From Treponema sp. (lineage in GTDB: Bacteria > Spirochaetota > Spirochaetia > Treponematales > Breznakiellaceae), in contig JAIROT010000070.1 of the NCBI GenBank assembly GCA_031257385.1, positions 1 to 45,146 of the forward strand: DNA of 45,146 bases, in the 5' to 3' direction. Positions 7,873 through 17,888 of the stretch are shown piece by piece. The notes beneath the pieces were generated by a model. It saw only the letters and a list, made by a program, of their open reading frames with translations, had not been told where the DNA came from and ran no database searches. Numbering within the stretch: the stretch's first letter is position 1; each line of letters begins with the position of its first letter. Position numbers and translations under genes: made by a program.

Positions 7873-9398
7873 GGAGCGCCGTTGGGTGCAATTCCGGTGT
7901 TATTAAGGGTTGAGAACAGGGAGGCGACGCTGTTAAGAGACACGGTCCGGTCTCCGCTTGTTTTCGGCGCGCTGCTTGACGCCGTTCTCCCCCCGGCGGA
8001 AAGCGCGGGCGCGGCTTCCCGCGGGCCCCCTGAATCAACAAGCGGACGGGGCAAATTGCCGGTCATTTCTTCCTCCGGTATGGAAATACCGGAAATCGCC
8101 GCCATATCCGAAAGGGTTTCGGAAAGGGAAGAGCGTTCGTCAACAGCCTGGACAAGGAATTCTTCGATGGGGCCGTGTTTGGCAATGGCTTCGTCTATCG
8201 CGGGGTTTGAACCCGCGTGATAGGCGCCCACATTGATAAGGTCCTCGGCCCCGGCGTAAACCGCCATGGATTTACGGATCAAGCCCGCGGCTTTGCCGGT
8301 AGAGGGGCCGGAAACCGCCGGGGCAAGACGGGAAACGCTTTGCAGTACGTCTATAGCCGGGTAGTGGTAGGCCTGGGCAAGACTACGGGAAAGCACGATG
8401 TGGCCGTCGAGGATTCCCCTGACCGTGTCGGATACCGGCTCGTCCATGTCGTCGCCGTCAACCAGAATCGTGTAAAAACCGGTGATACTGCCCACATCGG
8501 AATTGCCGCTCCGTTCCAGGAGTTTCGGCATGGAATCAAACATGCTGGGCGTATAACCCCTGGTTGCGGGAGGCTCGCCGGAAGCAAGGCCGATTTCCCG
8601 CTGGGCGCGGGCAAAGCGCGTAACGGAATCAAAAAGAAGCATCACGTCCAAACCCTGGTCGCGGAAAAATTCCGCCGCCGCGGTTGCGACATAAGCCCCC
8701 CGCAGCCGGGCCAAAGGCGGCGAATTGGAAGGGGTTACCACCAGTACGCTGCGGGTAAGTCCTTCGGAGCCCAGATCATTTTCGATAAAATCATTTACCT
8801 CGCGCCCCCGTTCTCCGATAAGGGCAACCACGTTGACATCGGCGCCGGTGTTGCGGGCGATCATCCCCAGCAGGGTGGACTTACCCACACCGGAACCGGC
8901 GAATATGCCGAGCCGCTGGCCCTTTCCCACGGCAAGCAGGCCGTCAATAGCCCGTACCCCGGTAGTGATCCTCTCGCCGATCCGCCGGCGCTTCAGGGGG
9001 TCGGGGGGATTTGCCAGGGCGGGATACAACACGGTAGATTCGATTTCGCCTTTGCCGTCTATGGGATTCCCCAGCGCGTCCAGAACCCGGCCCAGCAGCT
9101 TTTGGGATACCGGCACTTCCAGGCGGGAGCCCAGCGCGATGACGCGATTACCTATCTCAATACCGTCTGTTTCTTCAAAGGCCATGAGCTGGACGATTTC
9201 ATCCCGCAGACCCACCACCTCGGCCCGGATCAGGCCGCGGCCTTTGGGGGCTTCGATCCTGCATATCTCGCCGATAACCGCCTGCGGCCCCCGGCTTTCG
9301 ATGAGGAGTCCCTGAACCCTGGAGATTTTACCGGTACATTTTATGGGATCGGTACGTTCGGTTGTTTCAAGGTATTTTTCAAATAGAGCGGTTCCCAT
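7869..9398 (-). CDS. fliI: Flagellar export ATPase FliI with C-terminal extension
   Basis: Walker A AGSGVGKS, IGERGREV, DSVTRFA and YPAIDVL motifs. Start reassigned to ATG 9398 behind SD GGGAGGG. Confidence 0.95.
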   Translation of the reverse strand: MGTALFEKYLETTERTDPIKCTGKISRVQGLLIESRGPQAVIGEICRIEAPKGRGLIRAEVVGLRDEIVQLMAFEETDGIEIGNRVIALGSRLEVPVSQKLLGRVLDALGNPIDGKGEIESTVLYPALANPPDPLKRRRIGERITTGVRAIDGLLAVGKGQRLGIFAGSGVGKSTLLGMIARNTGADVNVVALIGERGREVNDFIENDLGSEGLTRSVLVVTPSNSPPLARLRGAYVATAAAEFFRDQGLDVMLLFDSVTRFARAQREIGLASGEPPATRGYTPSMFDSMPKLLERSGNSDVGSITGFYTILVDGDDMDEPVSDTVRGILDGHIVLSRSLAQAYHYPAIDVLQSVSRLAPAVSGPSTGKAAGLIRKSMAVYAGAEDLINVGAYHAGSNPAIDEAIAKHGPIEEFLVQAVDERSSLSETLSDMAAISGISIPEEEMTGNLPRPLVDSGGPREAAPALSAGGRTASSSAPKTSGDRTVSLNSVASLFSTLNNTGIAPNGAP

Positions 9399-9426
9399 AT
9401 TCCCTCCCCGGCGATTCCCGCCGCGC

Positions 9427-10542
9427 CTATGGGCCTTCGCCCGCAACGGAAGAAACCGCCGGCTCCGCAGCAACAGACTCGGCGGCGGCGGCCATGGCTT
9501 TTGTAGCGGCGGCCGCCCTTGCCGCACCGTTTGCCGTTGCGCCATTTGTCCCCATGCCGTTAGATGCAAGACCGTTTAAGCTAAGACCGCTTGCCGCGCC
9601 CGCGGCCCCGGATTTTACCTTTGATTTGATGGGAGAAATCTCAAGTATTTTGGCCTCAAGTTCGGCAAGCTGGCTGGCAATGCGGGCGTCGATCTCACCG
9701 AAGTCGGTTTCGATAATGCAGCCCCCGGAATCCACCGAGGAATCTTCCAGCACCTGTATGGACTTTACCCCCTCAAGGAGCCGGATAAAATCTTTGGTGT
9801 GCTCGGTGGCGAGTTTCAGGTCCGCCAGATTTACCCGTATGATAACATCTCCCCTGCCCCTCACTTTCCGCAAAGCCTGGATTACGTTGGAGACTATCAC
9901 ATTGCGCTGGTTATCGGAAATAACCTTAACCACTTTTCGGGCAATGAGGAGCACCAAATCGACGATCTCCCGCTCGGTCTCGGCGAGAATTTCCGCCCGT
10001 TTATCCTGGGCGCGTTCAAGCACGGTCTGTGTCCGCTCAATAAGCCGCTCGACTTCAGCTTTGCCTTCGGCGAAACCCTCTTTCCGGCCCGCCTCGCGGC
10101 CCTGGTCTTCGGCTTCTTTCCGCTCCGCCACAAGAGTCGCGCGGCCCCCGTCTTCAATTCTCCGGGCCTCTTCTTTTGAACGGGCGATGATCCCTTGCGC
10201 CTCTTCCTCTGCCCGGCTTTTCAGAAGCCCGGCCTCATCGTTCTTCTGCCGCAGGCTGCCGGCGGCCGCTTCTTCCGCTTCTTTTATTATATCTTCGGCC
10301 GCGGCCTTCGCTGCGGCGATCATCGATTCTTTTTCTTCTTCCCACTGCTCCTTAAAGGCTTCCGCATCCCGGCGAAGCTCATCCGCCGTTGGACCTGAGT
10401 ATTCCTCCACTTCTTCCCTGGCCTCGGCCTTCTCTTCTTCGGGAGAGAGAAAGGCAAGGTCCGGGTAAGACGCGGGAGTCTCAATCATTACCTTTTCTTC
10501 AAGAACGGTAATCTCATCGGGGCGGAATACTGCCTTGGTCAT
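9427..10542 (-). CDS. fliH: Flagellar assembly protein FliH with low-complexity C-terminal tail
   Basis: GxxxG repeats (GREAGRKEGFAEG), GGCIIETDFGEIDARI; position between fliG and fliI. Confidence 0.92.
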   Translation of the reverse strand: MTKAVFRPDEITVLEEKVMIETPASYPDLAFLSPEEEKAEAREEVEEYSGPTADELRRDAEAFKEQWEEEKESMIAAAKAAAEDIIKEAEEAAAGSLRQKNDEAGLLKSRAEEEAQGIIARSKEEARRIEDGGRATLVAERKEAEDQGREAGRKEGFAEGKAEVERLIERTQTVLERAQDKRAEILAETEREIVDLVLLIARKVVKVISDNQRNVIVSNVIQALRKVRGRGDVIIRVNLADLKLATEHTKDFIRLLEGVKSIQVLEDSSVDSGGCIIETDFGEIDARIASQLAELEAKILEISPIKSKVKSGAAGAASGLSLNGLASNGMGTNGATANGAARAAAATKAMAAAAESVAAEPAVSSVAGEGP

Positions 10543-10545
10543 TCC

Positions 10546-11607
10546 TTATACCACCATCTCGTCCTCTCCGGAACGGGCAACCACGATCTCGCCGGTGTCT
10601 TCCAGATGCCGGATGATGGAAACGATCTTCTGCTGGGCCTCTTCCACATCTTTGAGCCGTACCGGACCCATGTACTCCATGTCTTCCTTGAGCATATTCG
10701 CGGCGCGCTTAGACATATTCCTAAAAATCTTGTCTTGCACTTCGGTATCCACCGATTTGAGGGCCTTGGCCAGTTCCTGGGAATCCACTTCCCGCATAAC
10801 TTTCTGAATAGCCCGGTCGTCAAGCATAACAATATCTTCAAACACGAACATCCGCTTCTTGATCTCTTCGGCGAGTTCCGGGTCTTCGTCTTCCAGGGCC
10901 TCAATGATCTGTTTTTCAGAGGCGCGGTCAACGAGATTGAGAATTTCGACAATGCTCTCAACGCCGCCTGCCGAGGTGTAGTCTTCACTGGACAATGATG
11001 AAAGTTTCTTTTCAAGCACCCGCTCCACCTCGCGGAGCACTTCCGGACTCGTCCTGTCCATGGTGGCAATCCGCCGGGCCACGTCGCTTTGCATCTCATG
11101 GGAAAGGTTCTGCAAAATTACCGAAGCCTTGTTGGGTTCCAGATACGCTAGTATAAGGGCGATGGTCTGGGGGTGCTCCTGCTGGATAAAGTTGAGAAGG
11201 TGCGCCGGGTCGGTTCTGCGGATAAAATCAAAGGGACGCACCTGCAGGCTCGACGTTAGACGATTGATGATGTCAATGGCCTTCTGGCTTCCCAGTGATT
11301 TTTCCAGAAGCTCCCGCGCGTAATCAATGCCGCCGGTGGAGATGAACTGGTTCGCCATCATGAGTTCCTGGAACTCCTGGAGGATGGCATCCTTCTGCTC
11401 GGCATCTATGGTTTCAAGACGCGCTATTTCAAAGGTGAGGGTTTCTATTTCATCTTCACGCAGATACTTGAATATCTCCGCCGAAATTTCCGAGCCGATG
11501 GTAACGAGGAATATGGCTGCCTTCTGACGGCCGGTATATTCTTTCGCGCCTTTCTTTTTGGATCCGCCCGCGGCGGTTCCGCCTGACGCTGCGCCTGTTT
11601 TTGCCAT
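10546..11607 (-). CDS. fliG: Flagellar motor switch protein FliG
   Basis: QKAAIFL, EHPQTIALIL, MFVFEDI and GPVRLKDVEEAQ motifs. Confidence 0.97.
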   Translation of the reverse strand: MAKTGAASGGTAAGGSKKKGAKEYTGRQKAAIFLVTIGSEISAEIFKYLREDEIETLTFEIARLETIDAEQKDAILQEFQELMMANQFISTGGIDYARELLEKSLGSQKAIDIINRLTSSLQVRPFDFIRRTDPAHLLNFIQQEHPQTIALILAYLEPNKASVILQNLSHEMQSDVARRIATMDRTSPEVLREVERVLEKKLSSLSSEDYTSAGGVESIVEILNLVDRASEKQIIEALEDEDPELAEEIKKRMFVFEDIVMLDDRAIQKVMREVDSQELAKALKSVDTEVQDKIFRNMSKRAANMLKEDMEYMGPVRLKDVEEAQQKIVSIIRHLEDTGEIVVARSGEDEMVV

Positions 11608-11610
11608 TTT

Positions 11611-13317
11611 TTAATCCTCCAAAAGCCAGGTTCTGATGAGCTGGGCGCAATCGTCGGGATGTTCCCTGGCCATATTGAGAACTGTCTCCATAAGTTCCAT
11701 GCGCGTCCGTTCTTCCACCGATATGGATACGTCCACGCCCCCCTGCTCCGCTTCGGCAATGGCGCTTTCCCTCAGCGCCTGTTCTCTCCGCGCCCGCTCT
11801 TCTTCGGCAAGCCTCTTGCGGCGTTCCATCTCGCGGGAGATCATCCTGAAAATTATGAACGCAATTAACAACAATGTCAAACCGGAAAGAAAAACTATCA
11901 CGGTAGTCTGAATCTGTTTCTTTCTGAAATAGGCGGCGTCCTCTTCCTTGAACTGACTGGTCCGGTCAAACTGGATGTTCTGCACGGTTACCGAGTCTCC
12001 CCTGCCTGAATTGTAGCCGATGGCGTTCTGGATCAGCGACTGGGCTGCCCTGAGCTGATCCGGCGGTATCTCGGTATATTCCCGCTCAATGGAGCCGTCC
12101 GGCAGTACCAGCGGATTTCCCTTTTCATCGTATTTCCATTTCCATTTACCGTCGATATTTACCGAAACCGTTACCCGGTCAATTTGGGGACTCCTCTCTT
12201 CCTGGGTAACCTTGCGGTTTATTTCATCGTTCTGCGTATTGGTTTCCTGGGTCATCCTGCCGTAGAGGTTTGACATATCCTTAAAGGCCGGGGGGGTCTG
12301 ACCCTCGACGCCGGCGGGCCCCTCAGGGTTATAGCCCGTACCTTCCCATTTGGTGTCGGAAGTAGACTTTGAGCGGGTGATGGACTCAACCAGTTGGGAA
12401 TCGTCATAAGCCAATCCGGGGGTCCGGGGTTTGATGGTAATGGGAAAAAACTCTTCGGTGTCGATGGCCTTTCTAGACATATCCATATCTATTTTGATAT
12501 TAAGATCACGGACCCGGTCAGCCGAAAAGGTTGACTGCAGAGAGGCCAGGACAAGCGCCCGGTATTTGGTTTCCATTATCTGGATAAATCTATTTTCCCT
12601 TTCTATGAGGCTGAGTCTGTCCATGGCGGCCATGCCGCTAAAGTCGTTAAGGACTATCCCGCTTTGATTTGTGATCACGATGTTGTCGTCGACAAGGCCT
12701 TCAACCGCGAATTTGAGTATCTTCTGAATACCCTCGATCTTTTTGCGGTTTTCGGAAATGTCGCTTCCCGGCTTGGGGATAATAATCACGCTGGTCGTTA
12801 CCGGATTTTGGTCGGAACGGAAAAGCTCCCGTTCAGGCCATACTATGGTCACATTGGCATCGTCCACATCGTCGATGGCCTTGATGTGGTCGGTGATCAT
12901 CTGTGTCTGCGCCCGGCGGAAATTAATGTTGCGCTCATAGTCGGTTATGGTCCAGCGCTCCCGGTCAAAGATCGCCCAGGGGTCTATCCCCGAAGGAATA
13001 AGGTCTTCCCGTATGAGAATGGCCCTCATGCGCCGGGCGGTGGCCTCATCGGCCACCTGAACCAGGTTGTCGGCCCCTACGGTGACTTTTACCTCTTCCT
13101 GATTGAGCCTAAGCACGATCCGGTCCAGGGCGGCCTCGTCCCTTATGGGGGCGTCGATAACCGGCGCCAGAGTCGGCATGGAAGATACCCTGAACAGGGC
13201 AATAACGCCGCCCGCAACCGCGGCCACAATCGCGACAAAGATAATCCGCTGTACCATAGGCCACTTGTCCCACAGTTCGGCTATCCGGATAAACATTTTT
13301 TTTAGAAATTCATTCAT
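11611..13317 (-). CDS. fliF: Flagellar M-ring protein FliF
   Basis: Two TM segments, AIGYNSGRGDSVTV, C-terminal AQLIRTWLLE. Confidence 0.95.
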   Translation of the reverse strand: MNEFLKKMFIRIAELWDKWPMVQRIIFVAIVAAVAGGVIALFRVSSMPTLAPVIDAPIRDEAALDRIVLRLNQEEVKVTVGADNLVQVADEATARRMRAILIREDLIPSGIDPWAIFDRERWTITDYERNINFRRAQTQMITDHIKAIDDVDDANVTIVWPERELFRSDQNPVTTSVIIIPKPGSDISENRKKIEGIQKILKFAVEGLVDDNIVITNQSGIVLNDFSGMAAMDRLSLIERENRFIQIMETKYRALVLASLQSTFSADRVRDLNIKIDMDMSRKAIDTEEFFPITIKPRTPGLAYDDSQLVESITRSKSTSDTKWEGTGYNPEGPAGVEGQTPPAFKDMSNLYGRMTQETNTQNDEINRKVTQEERSPQIDRVTVSVNIDGKWKWKYDEKGNPLVLPDGSIEREYTEIPPDQLRAAQSLIQNAIGYNSGRGDSVTVQNIQFDRTSQFKEEDAAYFRKKQIQTTVIVFLSGLTLLLIAFIIFRMISREMERRKRLAEEERARREQALRESAIAEAEQGGVDVSISVEERTRMELMETVLNMAREHPDDCAQLIRTWLLED

Positions 13318-13344
13318 TGCCCCCCTCCCCTGGTTGGCCAGAAC

Positions 13345-13743
13345 TTATCTGGTATTTATCAAATCTCTCCAGCCTTGTACCAAACGGCTCAGTATGTTTC
13401 GCGTAATGTTAAGCGACATGCTGGCTTCGGCCTGGGCGATGGTGATGTCGTGTACGTCCACCGAATCGGGATTTATAAGGGCTTCTCTTTCAAGAGCGCT
13501 GGCCGCCTGCTGGGATCCCGAAACTTTGTCCAGAGCCTGAAGCATGGCATGTTCAAAAGTACCGGCGCGGCTTATTCCCTCCGCGCCGATCTTTTTCTCA
13601 AGCGAAAGAATTTTGTTCCCGCTGCCCGCATAAGGACTGCCGGGCGGCCCTATATGCCTGGGATGGGTACGGAGCATCTCAACCTGATAGCTCTTCAGCC
13701 CATTGACGCCGATATACGCGTTGTTATTAAAAATTTGCATCAT
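13345..13743 (-). CDS. fliE: Flagellar hook-basal body protein FliE
   Basis: VDVHDITIAQAEASMSLNITRNI motif; operon position. Confidence 0.9.
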   Translation of the reverse strand: MMQIFNNNAYIGVNGLKSYQVEMLRTHPRHIGPPGSPYAGSGNKILSLEKKIGAEGISRAGTFEHAMLQALDKVSGSQQAASALEREALINPDSVDVHDITIAQAEASMSLNITRNILSRLVQGWRDLINTR

Positions 13744-13769
13744 TCCCTCCCCTTAATACCTTTAAGTGA

Positions 13770-14231
13770 TTATCGTCCGCCGATGTCCAGCGCCCGTTGG
13801 AACATCGCCTTTGATCCTTCGATTATCGCGGCGTTGGCTTCGTAAGACCGGGAAGCGGAGATCATGTCTACCATCTCGGTTACTATATCCACGTTGGGCA
13901 GTTCCACATAACCCTGCCTCGGCCCGGATTTGATCGCGTCGGGGTGGTCCGGGTCCCAGCGCAGCGGATTTTCGGTAGAGCGATCCTCCTGAATCTCGGC
14001 AACCCTTACCCCCCTGCCGATTCCGTTGTCCATGGATTCGGGCAGGAAGGGAGAGCGCCAATAGGGACTTTCCACCCTGGGCCTCATGATCACCCTGCTT
14101 CTCCTGAAGGGACCGCCTTCGGCGGTCCTCGTGGTGTTTACATTGGACATATTGTCGGCGATCACGTCCAGCCTCACCCGCTCGGCGCTGAGGCCCGTGG
14201 CGGCGATGTTAATCGAACTGAAAATTCCCAT
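13770..14231 (-). CDS. flgC: Flagellar basal body rod protein FlgC
   Basis: GLSAERVRLDVIADNMSN, PDHPDA and PNVDIVTEMVDMISASRSYEAN motifs. Confidence 0.97.
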   Translation of the reverse strand: MGIFSSINIAATGLSAERVRLDVIADNMSNVNTTRTAEGGPFRRSRVIMRPRVESPYWRSPFLPESMDNGIGRGVRVAEIQEDRSTENPLRWDPDHPDAIKSGPRQGYVELPNVDIVTEMVDMISASRSYEANAAIIEGSKAMFQRALDIGGR

Positions 14232-14234
14232 TTA

Positions 14235-14648
14235 CTAGCCTCTCAATACCTGGTTAATCTGGCTGAATTCAAAAGTTGCCGCCTGTGCCAGAAGGCTGTA
14301 GGTCATCTGGTTTTCGACAGCCAGCATGAATTCCTGCTCAGGGTCCACGTTGTTTCCGTTTGTGTTGTAGGTACTGGTATAATCCAGCACGCGGCGAATC
14401 TGCACGTCCCGGTAATCCCGCTCCTTAAAATTGGGAATGTGTTTGGGATTGCTGAGGACAAGTTCCAAAGCGGGCTTTTGTTTTTCCGTATCCAAAGCCC
14501 GTTTCAGCTCACTCTCAAAATTCACTATGGAGCGCTTGAAATTGGGAACGCTGGCGTTGGCCATGTTATTGGCGATGACCGAGCGGCGCACCGCGCCGGC
14601 ATCCATGGCCCGGTGCAGCAAATCCACGGTTTTAGCGAAAGTATTCAT
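14235..14648 (-). CDS. flgB: Flagellar basal body rod protein FlgB
   Basis: IANNMANASVPNFKR and NGNNVDPEQE motifs. Confidence 0.95.
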   Translation of the reverse strand: MNTFAKTVDLLHRAMDAGAVRRSVIANNMANASVPNFKRSIVNFESELKRALDTEKQKPALELVLSNPKHIPNFKERDYRDVQIRRVLDYTSTYNTNGNNVDPEQEFMLAVENQMTYSLLAQAATFEFSQINQVLRG

Positions 14649-14670
14649 CGGTAAACTTCCTCCCCTTTAA

Positions 14671-14698
14671 GCATCGGCAAGAATCTCCCCCCCCTTTA
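14671..14698 (-). promoter_or_regulatory. Sigma28 (FliA)-type promoter TAAA-N16-GCCGATGC for the flgB operon
   Basis: Matches the TAAA...GCCGAT consensus directly upstream of the flgB SD (GGGGAGG). The spacer contains a G8 run. Confidence 0.75.
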
Positions 14699-14699
14699 C

Positions 14700-16298
14700 C
14701 TACAAAATATAGCGGCCCAGATCCTGGTCCATGGCAATATTCGCCAGTTTTTTGTTGACATAATCCACCGTGACGGGTATTTTCGCCGGACTGATGTCGG
14801 GCGCTTCAAAGGAAAGTTCCTCAAGCAGGGTTTCCATGATGGTGTGGAGCCTGCGTGCGCCGATGTTTTCAAGCCGGGAATTGACCTCCGCGGCAAGGGC
14901 TGCGAGGCGGTCAATCGCTTCGGGGCTAAAGTCAATTTCTATGCCTTCGGTGGAAAGGAGGCCGATGTACTGCCTGGTAAGGGCGTTCTTCGGTTCGGTG
15001 AGGATGCGCAGAAAATCGTCTTTGCCCAGGGAGTCCAGTTCCACCCTCAGGGGGAAACGGCCCTGAAGCTCAGGGATGAGGTCAGAGGGCTTGCTCACGT
15101 TGAAGGCGCCGGCGGCGATGAAAAGTATGTGATCGGTGTTGACCGGCCCCCATTTGGTGTTCACCGTAGCCCCTTCCACAATTGGGAGGATGTCCCGCTG
15201 GACGCCCTCGCGGGAAACGTCAGGGCCGCCCCTGTCGCCCTTGACGGCGATTTTGTCGATCTCGTCGATGAAAATAATGCCGGTTTCCTCGACCCGCTGC
15301 CGGGCCTCGTCAATGACCCGGTCCCTGTCAACGAGTTTTTCCGCCTCTTCCGCTTTAAGAATCTCCATAGCCCTCTCTACGCTGACCACCTTTTTTTTCT
15401 TTCCGCCGCCGAAAAATCCGGCAATTCCCGAAAGGCTTGACTCCAGATCTTCCATGTTGGCCCCCATCATCTCAATGCTGGGGAACTGGGGATTCTGGTT
15501 TACCATGAGTTCCACGGTCCGGCTGTTCAGTTTACCCTCCCGGAGCATGGCCCTGAATTTTTCCCTGGTAGCGTTGAATTTGGCCCTGTCGGTTTCGGCG
15601 CCGTTGTTATCAGGGGAAAGTTCGGATTCCGCGGTTTCCGCGCTTTGGTCAGCCGCCGCGGTTTCACCGCCTTGATTATCCTGTTGTTCTCCCCCGTTAT
15701 TCGCCTTCCGGTTAAAAAACGCCGGTATCCCTACCTGTATGGCGGTTCCGATAAGTCCCGGCGCTCCCCCCGTATCGGGGTTGATTGAAAAGGTCCCCAT
15801 GGGCCGTACTACCGGCCCCTGTTTGGATTTTTGCCCTTTTTGTTTTTTGCCGGTAAAGGGAAGGAGCAGATCCAGCAGAGCTTCCTCGGCCCGTTTCTCC
15901 GCCTCGGCGGTAACGGATTCCTGCATTTCCTGTTTTACCATCTGGAAACCGGCGGCCATGAGATCGCGGATCATGGATTCCACGTCGCGTCCCACATAGC
16001 CCACCTCGGTGTACTTGGTGGCCTCCACCTTAAGGAAGGGAGAACCGGCGAGTTTGGCAAGCCGCCGGGCGATTTCGGTTTTACCGACACCGGTGGGGCC
16101 TATCATGAGGATGTTCTTGGGGGCAATGTCTTCCCTCAGCTCCGGCTCAAGTTTGAGCCGCCTGATACGGTTGCGCAATGCCACCGCCACGGCCCGCTTG
16201 GCCTTTTTCTGGCCCACGATGTATTTGTCAAGCTCCGTTACAATTTCCCGCGGAGTAAGCCGGTCCAGGGTTACTTCGTTCGCTTTTTTTTCGTTCAT
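14700..16298 (-). CDS. hslU: ATP-dependent protease ATPase subunit HslU with enlarged I-domain
   Basis: PKNILMIGPTGVGKT, EATKYTEVGYVG, FIDEIDK, PELQGRFP and NIGARRL motifs. Confidence 0.97.
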   Translation of the reverse strand: MNEKKANEVTLDRLTPREIVTELDKYIVGQKKAKRAVAVALRNRIRRLKLEPELREDIAPKNILMIGPTGVGKTEIARRLAKLAGSPFLKVEATKYTEVGYVGRDVESMIRDLMAAGFQMVKQEMQESVTAEAEKRAEEALLDLLLPFTGKKQKGQKSKQGPVVRPMGTFSINPDTGGAPGLIGTAIQVGIPAFFNRKANNGGEQQDNQGGETAAADQSAETAESELSPDNNGAETDRAKFNATREKFRAMLREGKLNSRTVELMVNQNPQFPSIEMMGANMEDLESSLSGIAGFFGGGKKKKVVSVERAMEILKAEEAEKLVDRDRVIDEARQRVEETGIIFIDEIDKIAVKGDRGGPDVSREGVQRDILPIVEGATVNTKWGPVNTDHILFIAAGAFNVSKPSDLIPELQGRFPLRVELDSLGKDDFLRILTEPKNALTRQYIGLLSTEGIEIDFSPEAIDRLAALAAEVNSRLENIGARRLHTIMETLLEELSFEAPDISPAKIPVTVDYVNKKLANIAMDQDLGRYIL

Positions 16299-16846
16299 CA
16301 GCCTAACTCCTCCAGGGTTATGTGCATATTGGTGTAGATACAGATGTTACCCGCAATTTTTAAGCTCTTCTCGGCAATTTCGGCGGCGGAAAAACCGCTT
16401 CCTTCAAGAAAGGCCAGGGCCGCGGCGTAGGCATAATTGCCCCCGGAACCGATGGCCAGGGCTTCTTCGGCGGGTTCAATCACATCGCCGGTGCCCGAAA
16501 TGAGAAGGGTTTTGGAAATGTCCGCCACAAGGAGCAGGGCCTCAAGCCGCCGCAGGGTACGGTCCATGCGCCAGTTTTTGGCAAGCTCCACCGCCGCCCT
16601 GAGCAGATCTCCCGAATATTCCTTGAGCTTTTCCTCAAAGCGGTCAAAGAGGGTAAAGGCATCGGCAGTCGCTCCGGCGAAACCGCAGAGCACCTTGCCG
16701 TCCATGAGCCGGCGGACCTTACGGGCGTTGTTCTTCATCACCGTTTCGCCCATGGTAACCTGTCCGTCACCCGCCATTGCTACCTTGCCGTCCTTCCGTA
16801 TTGCGATAACCGTCGTGCTTCTGAATCGTGTTTTCCCGTCTTTCAT
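16298..16846 (-). CDS. hslV: ATP-dependent protease subunit HslV
   Basis: Short propeptide then TTVIA; [17 protein letters not shown] and AIGSGG motifs. Confidence 0.97.
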   Translation of the reverse strand: MKDGKTRFRSTTVIAIRKDGKVAMAGDGQVTMGETVMKNNARKVRRLMDGKVLCGFAGATADAFTLFDRFEEKLKEYSGDLLRAAVELAKNWRMDRTLRRLEALLLVADISKTLLISGTGDVIEPAEEALAIGSGGNYAYAAALAFLEGSGFSAAEIAEKSLKIAGNICIYTNMHITLEELG

Positions 16847-17829
16847 TATTGATCACTCCTCATTGCCTTTCGCCCTGCCGCCGATCCGGCGTGCGGATGC
16901 GCTTTTGCGTACACTTTCTTTAAGCCTTCGATGCTCACATGCGTATAGCGCTGGGTGGTGGAAAGGCTTGAATGGCCCAGCATCTCCTGCACTATCCGCA
17001 CATCACAGCCTGAATTAACCAGGTGGGTGGCAAAACTGTGGCGCAGGCTGTGGGGATGGATATTCTTTCCCAAGCCGGAACGTTCCGCGTAACGGGCGAT
17101 GATCCAGCGTACGCCGGGCACCGAAATGGGCCGCCCCCTCCGGCTGATAAAGAGCGGGCCGCCGGGAGCGGCTCCTTTAAGGCCGGCCATTCTGATCCGC
17201 GCCGCCCGCTCCGGCAGGTATTCGGTCAGCGCGGCCCTTCCCTCGTCTGAAAAAAACACGTACCGTTCCTTGCCGCCCTTGCCGATGATCCGCGCCCCTT
17301 CCAGGCTGCCCGTTACATTTTCCATGGTAAGGGAGACAAGCTCTGAAATCCGCAGCCCCGCGGAATACATCGTCATGATCAGGGCCCTGTCCCTGGCGGG
17401 CCAGAGGATCCCCGCGGTATTGGGCAGTTCCGCAAAACCTGCCATTTCCTCCTCCCAGAGTACCGACGGCAGGTTCTGCGGGGCCTTTACATTCCGCAGA
17501 CTCCCGCAGGGGTTATCTTCCCGCTTGCCGAAGCGGAGCATCCAGCGGTAAAAGCCCCGAATCGAGGAAAGGGAGCGGTTCACGCTGGCGGGGGCTATCC
17601 GTTCCTCGTGAAGGTCAGCGATAAAATTCTGCACATCGTAAGGACCGGCCGTTTCAGGCTCAATGCCCCGGTTGTCACAGTAGCTCGCAAAACGGAACAG
17701 ATCGTTCCTGTAAGCCTCGGCGGTTCGTCCGGCTACTCCCCGTACCGCCTGCAAATAAGAGAGGTATTCCCGCACCAGAGGGGAGCCGGTCAAAGATCCG
17801 GCGCGCTCCGCGTCCTGTTGTTCACTCAT
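16846..17829 (-). CDS. xerC: Tyrosine recombinase (XerC-like)
   Basis: [30 protein letters not shown] and [15 protein letters not shown] motifs. Sits between topA and hslV. Start set at ATG 17829 behind GGGAG. Confidence 0.8.
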   Translation of the reverse strand: MSEQQDAERAGSLTGSPLVREYLSYLQAVRGVAGRTAEAYRNDLFRFASYCDNRGIEPETAGPYDVQNFIADLHEERIAPASVNRSLSSIRGFYRWMLRFGKREDNPCGSLRNVKAPQNLPSVLWEEEMAGFAELPNTAGILWPARDRALIMTMYSAGLRISELVSLTMENVTGSLEGARIIGKGGKERYVFFSDEGRAALTEYLPERAARIRMAGLKGAAPGGPLFISRRGRPISVPGVRWIIARYAERSGLGKNIHPHSLRHSFATHLVNSGCDVRIVQEMLGHSSLSTTQRYTHVSIEGLKKVYAKAHPHAGSAAGRKAMRSDQ

Positions 17830-17888
17830 CCCGCGCTCCCTGTTGCACATAACGTAAAATTTGCATTAAGGCGTATCCTTTTCACCTG

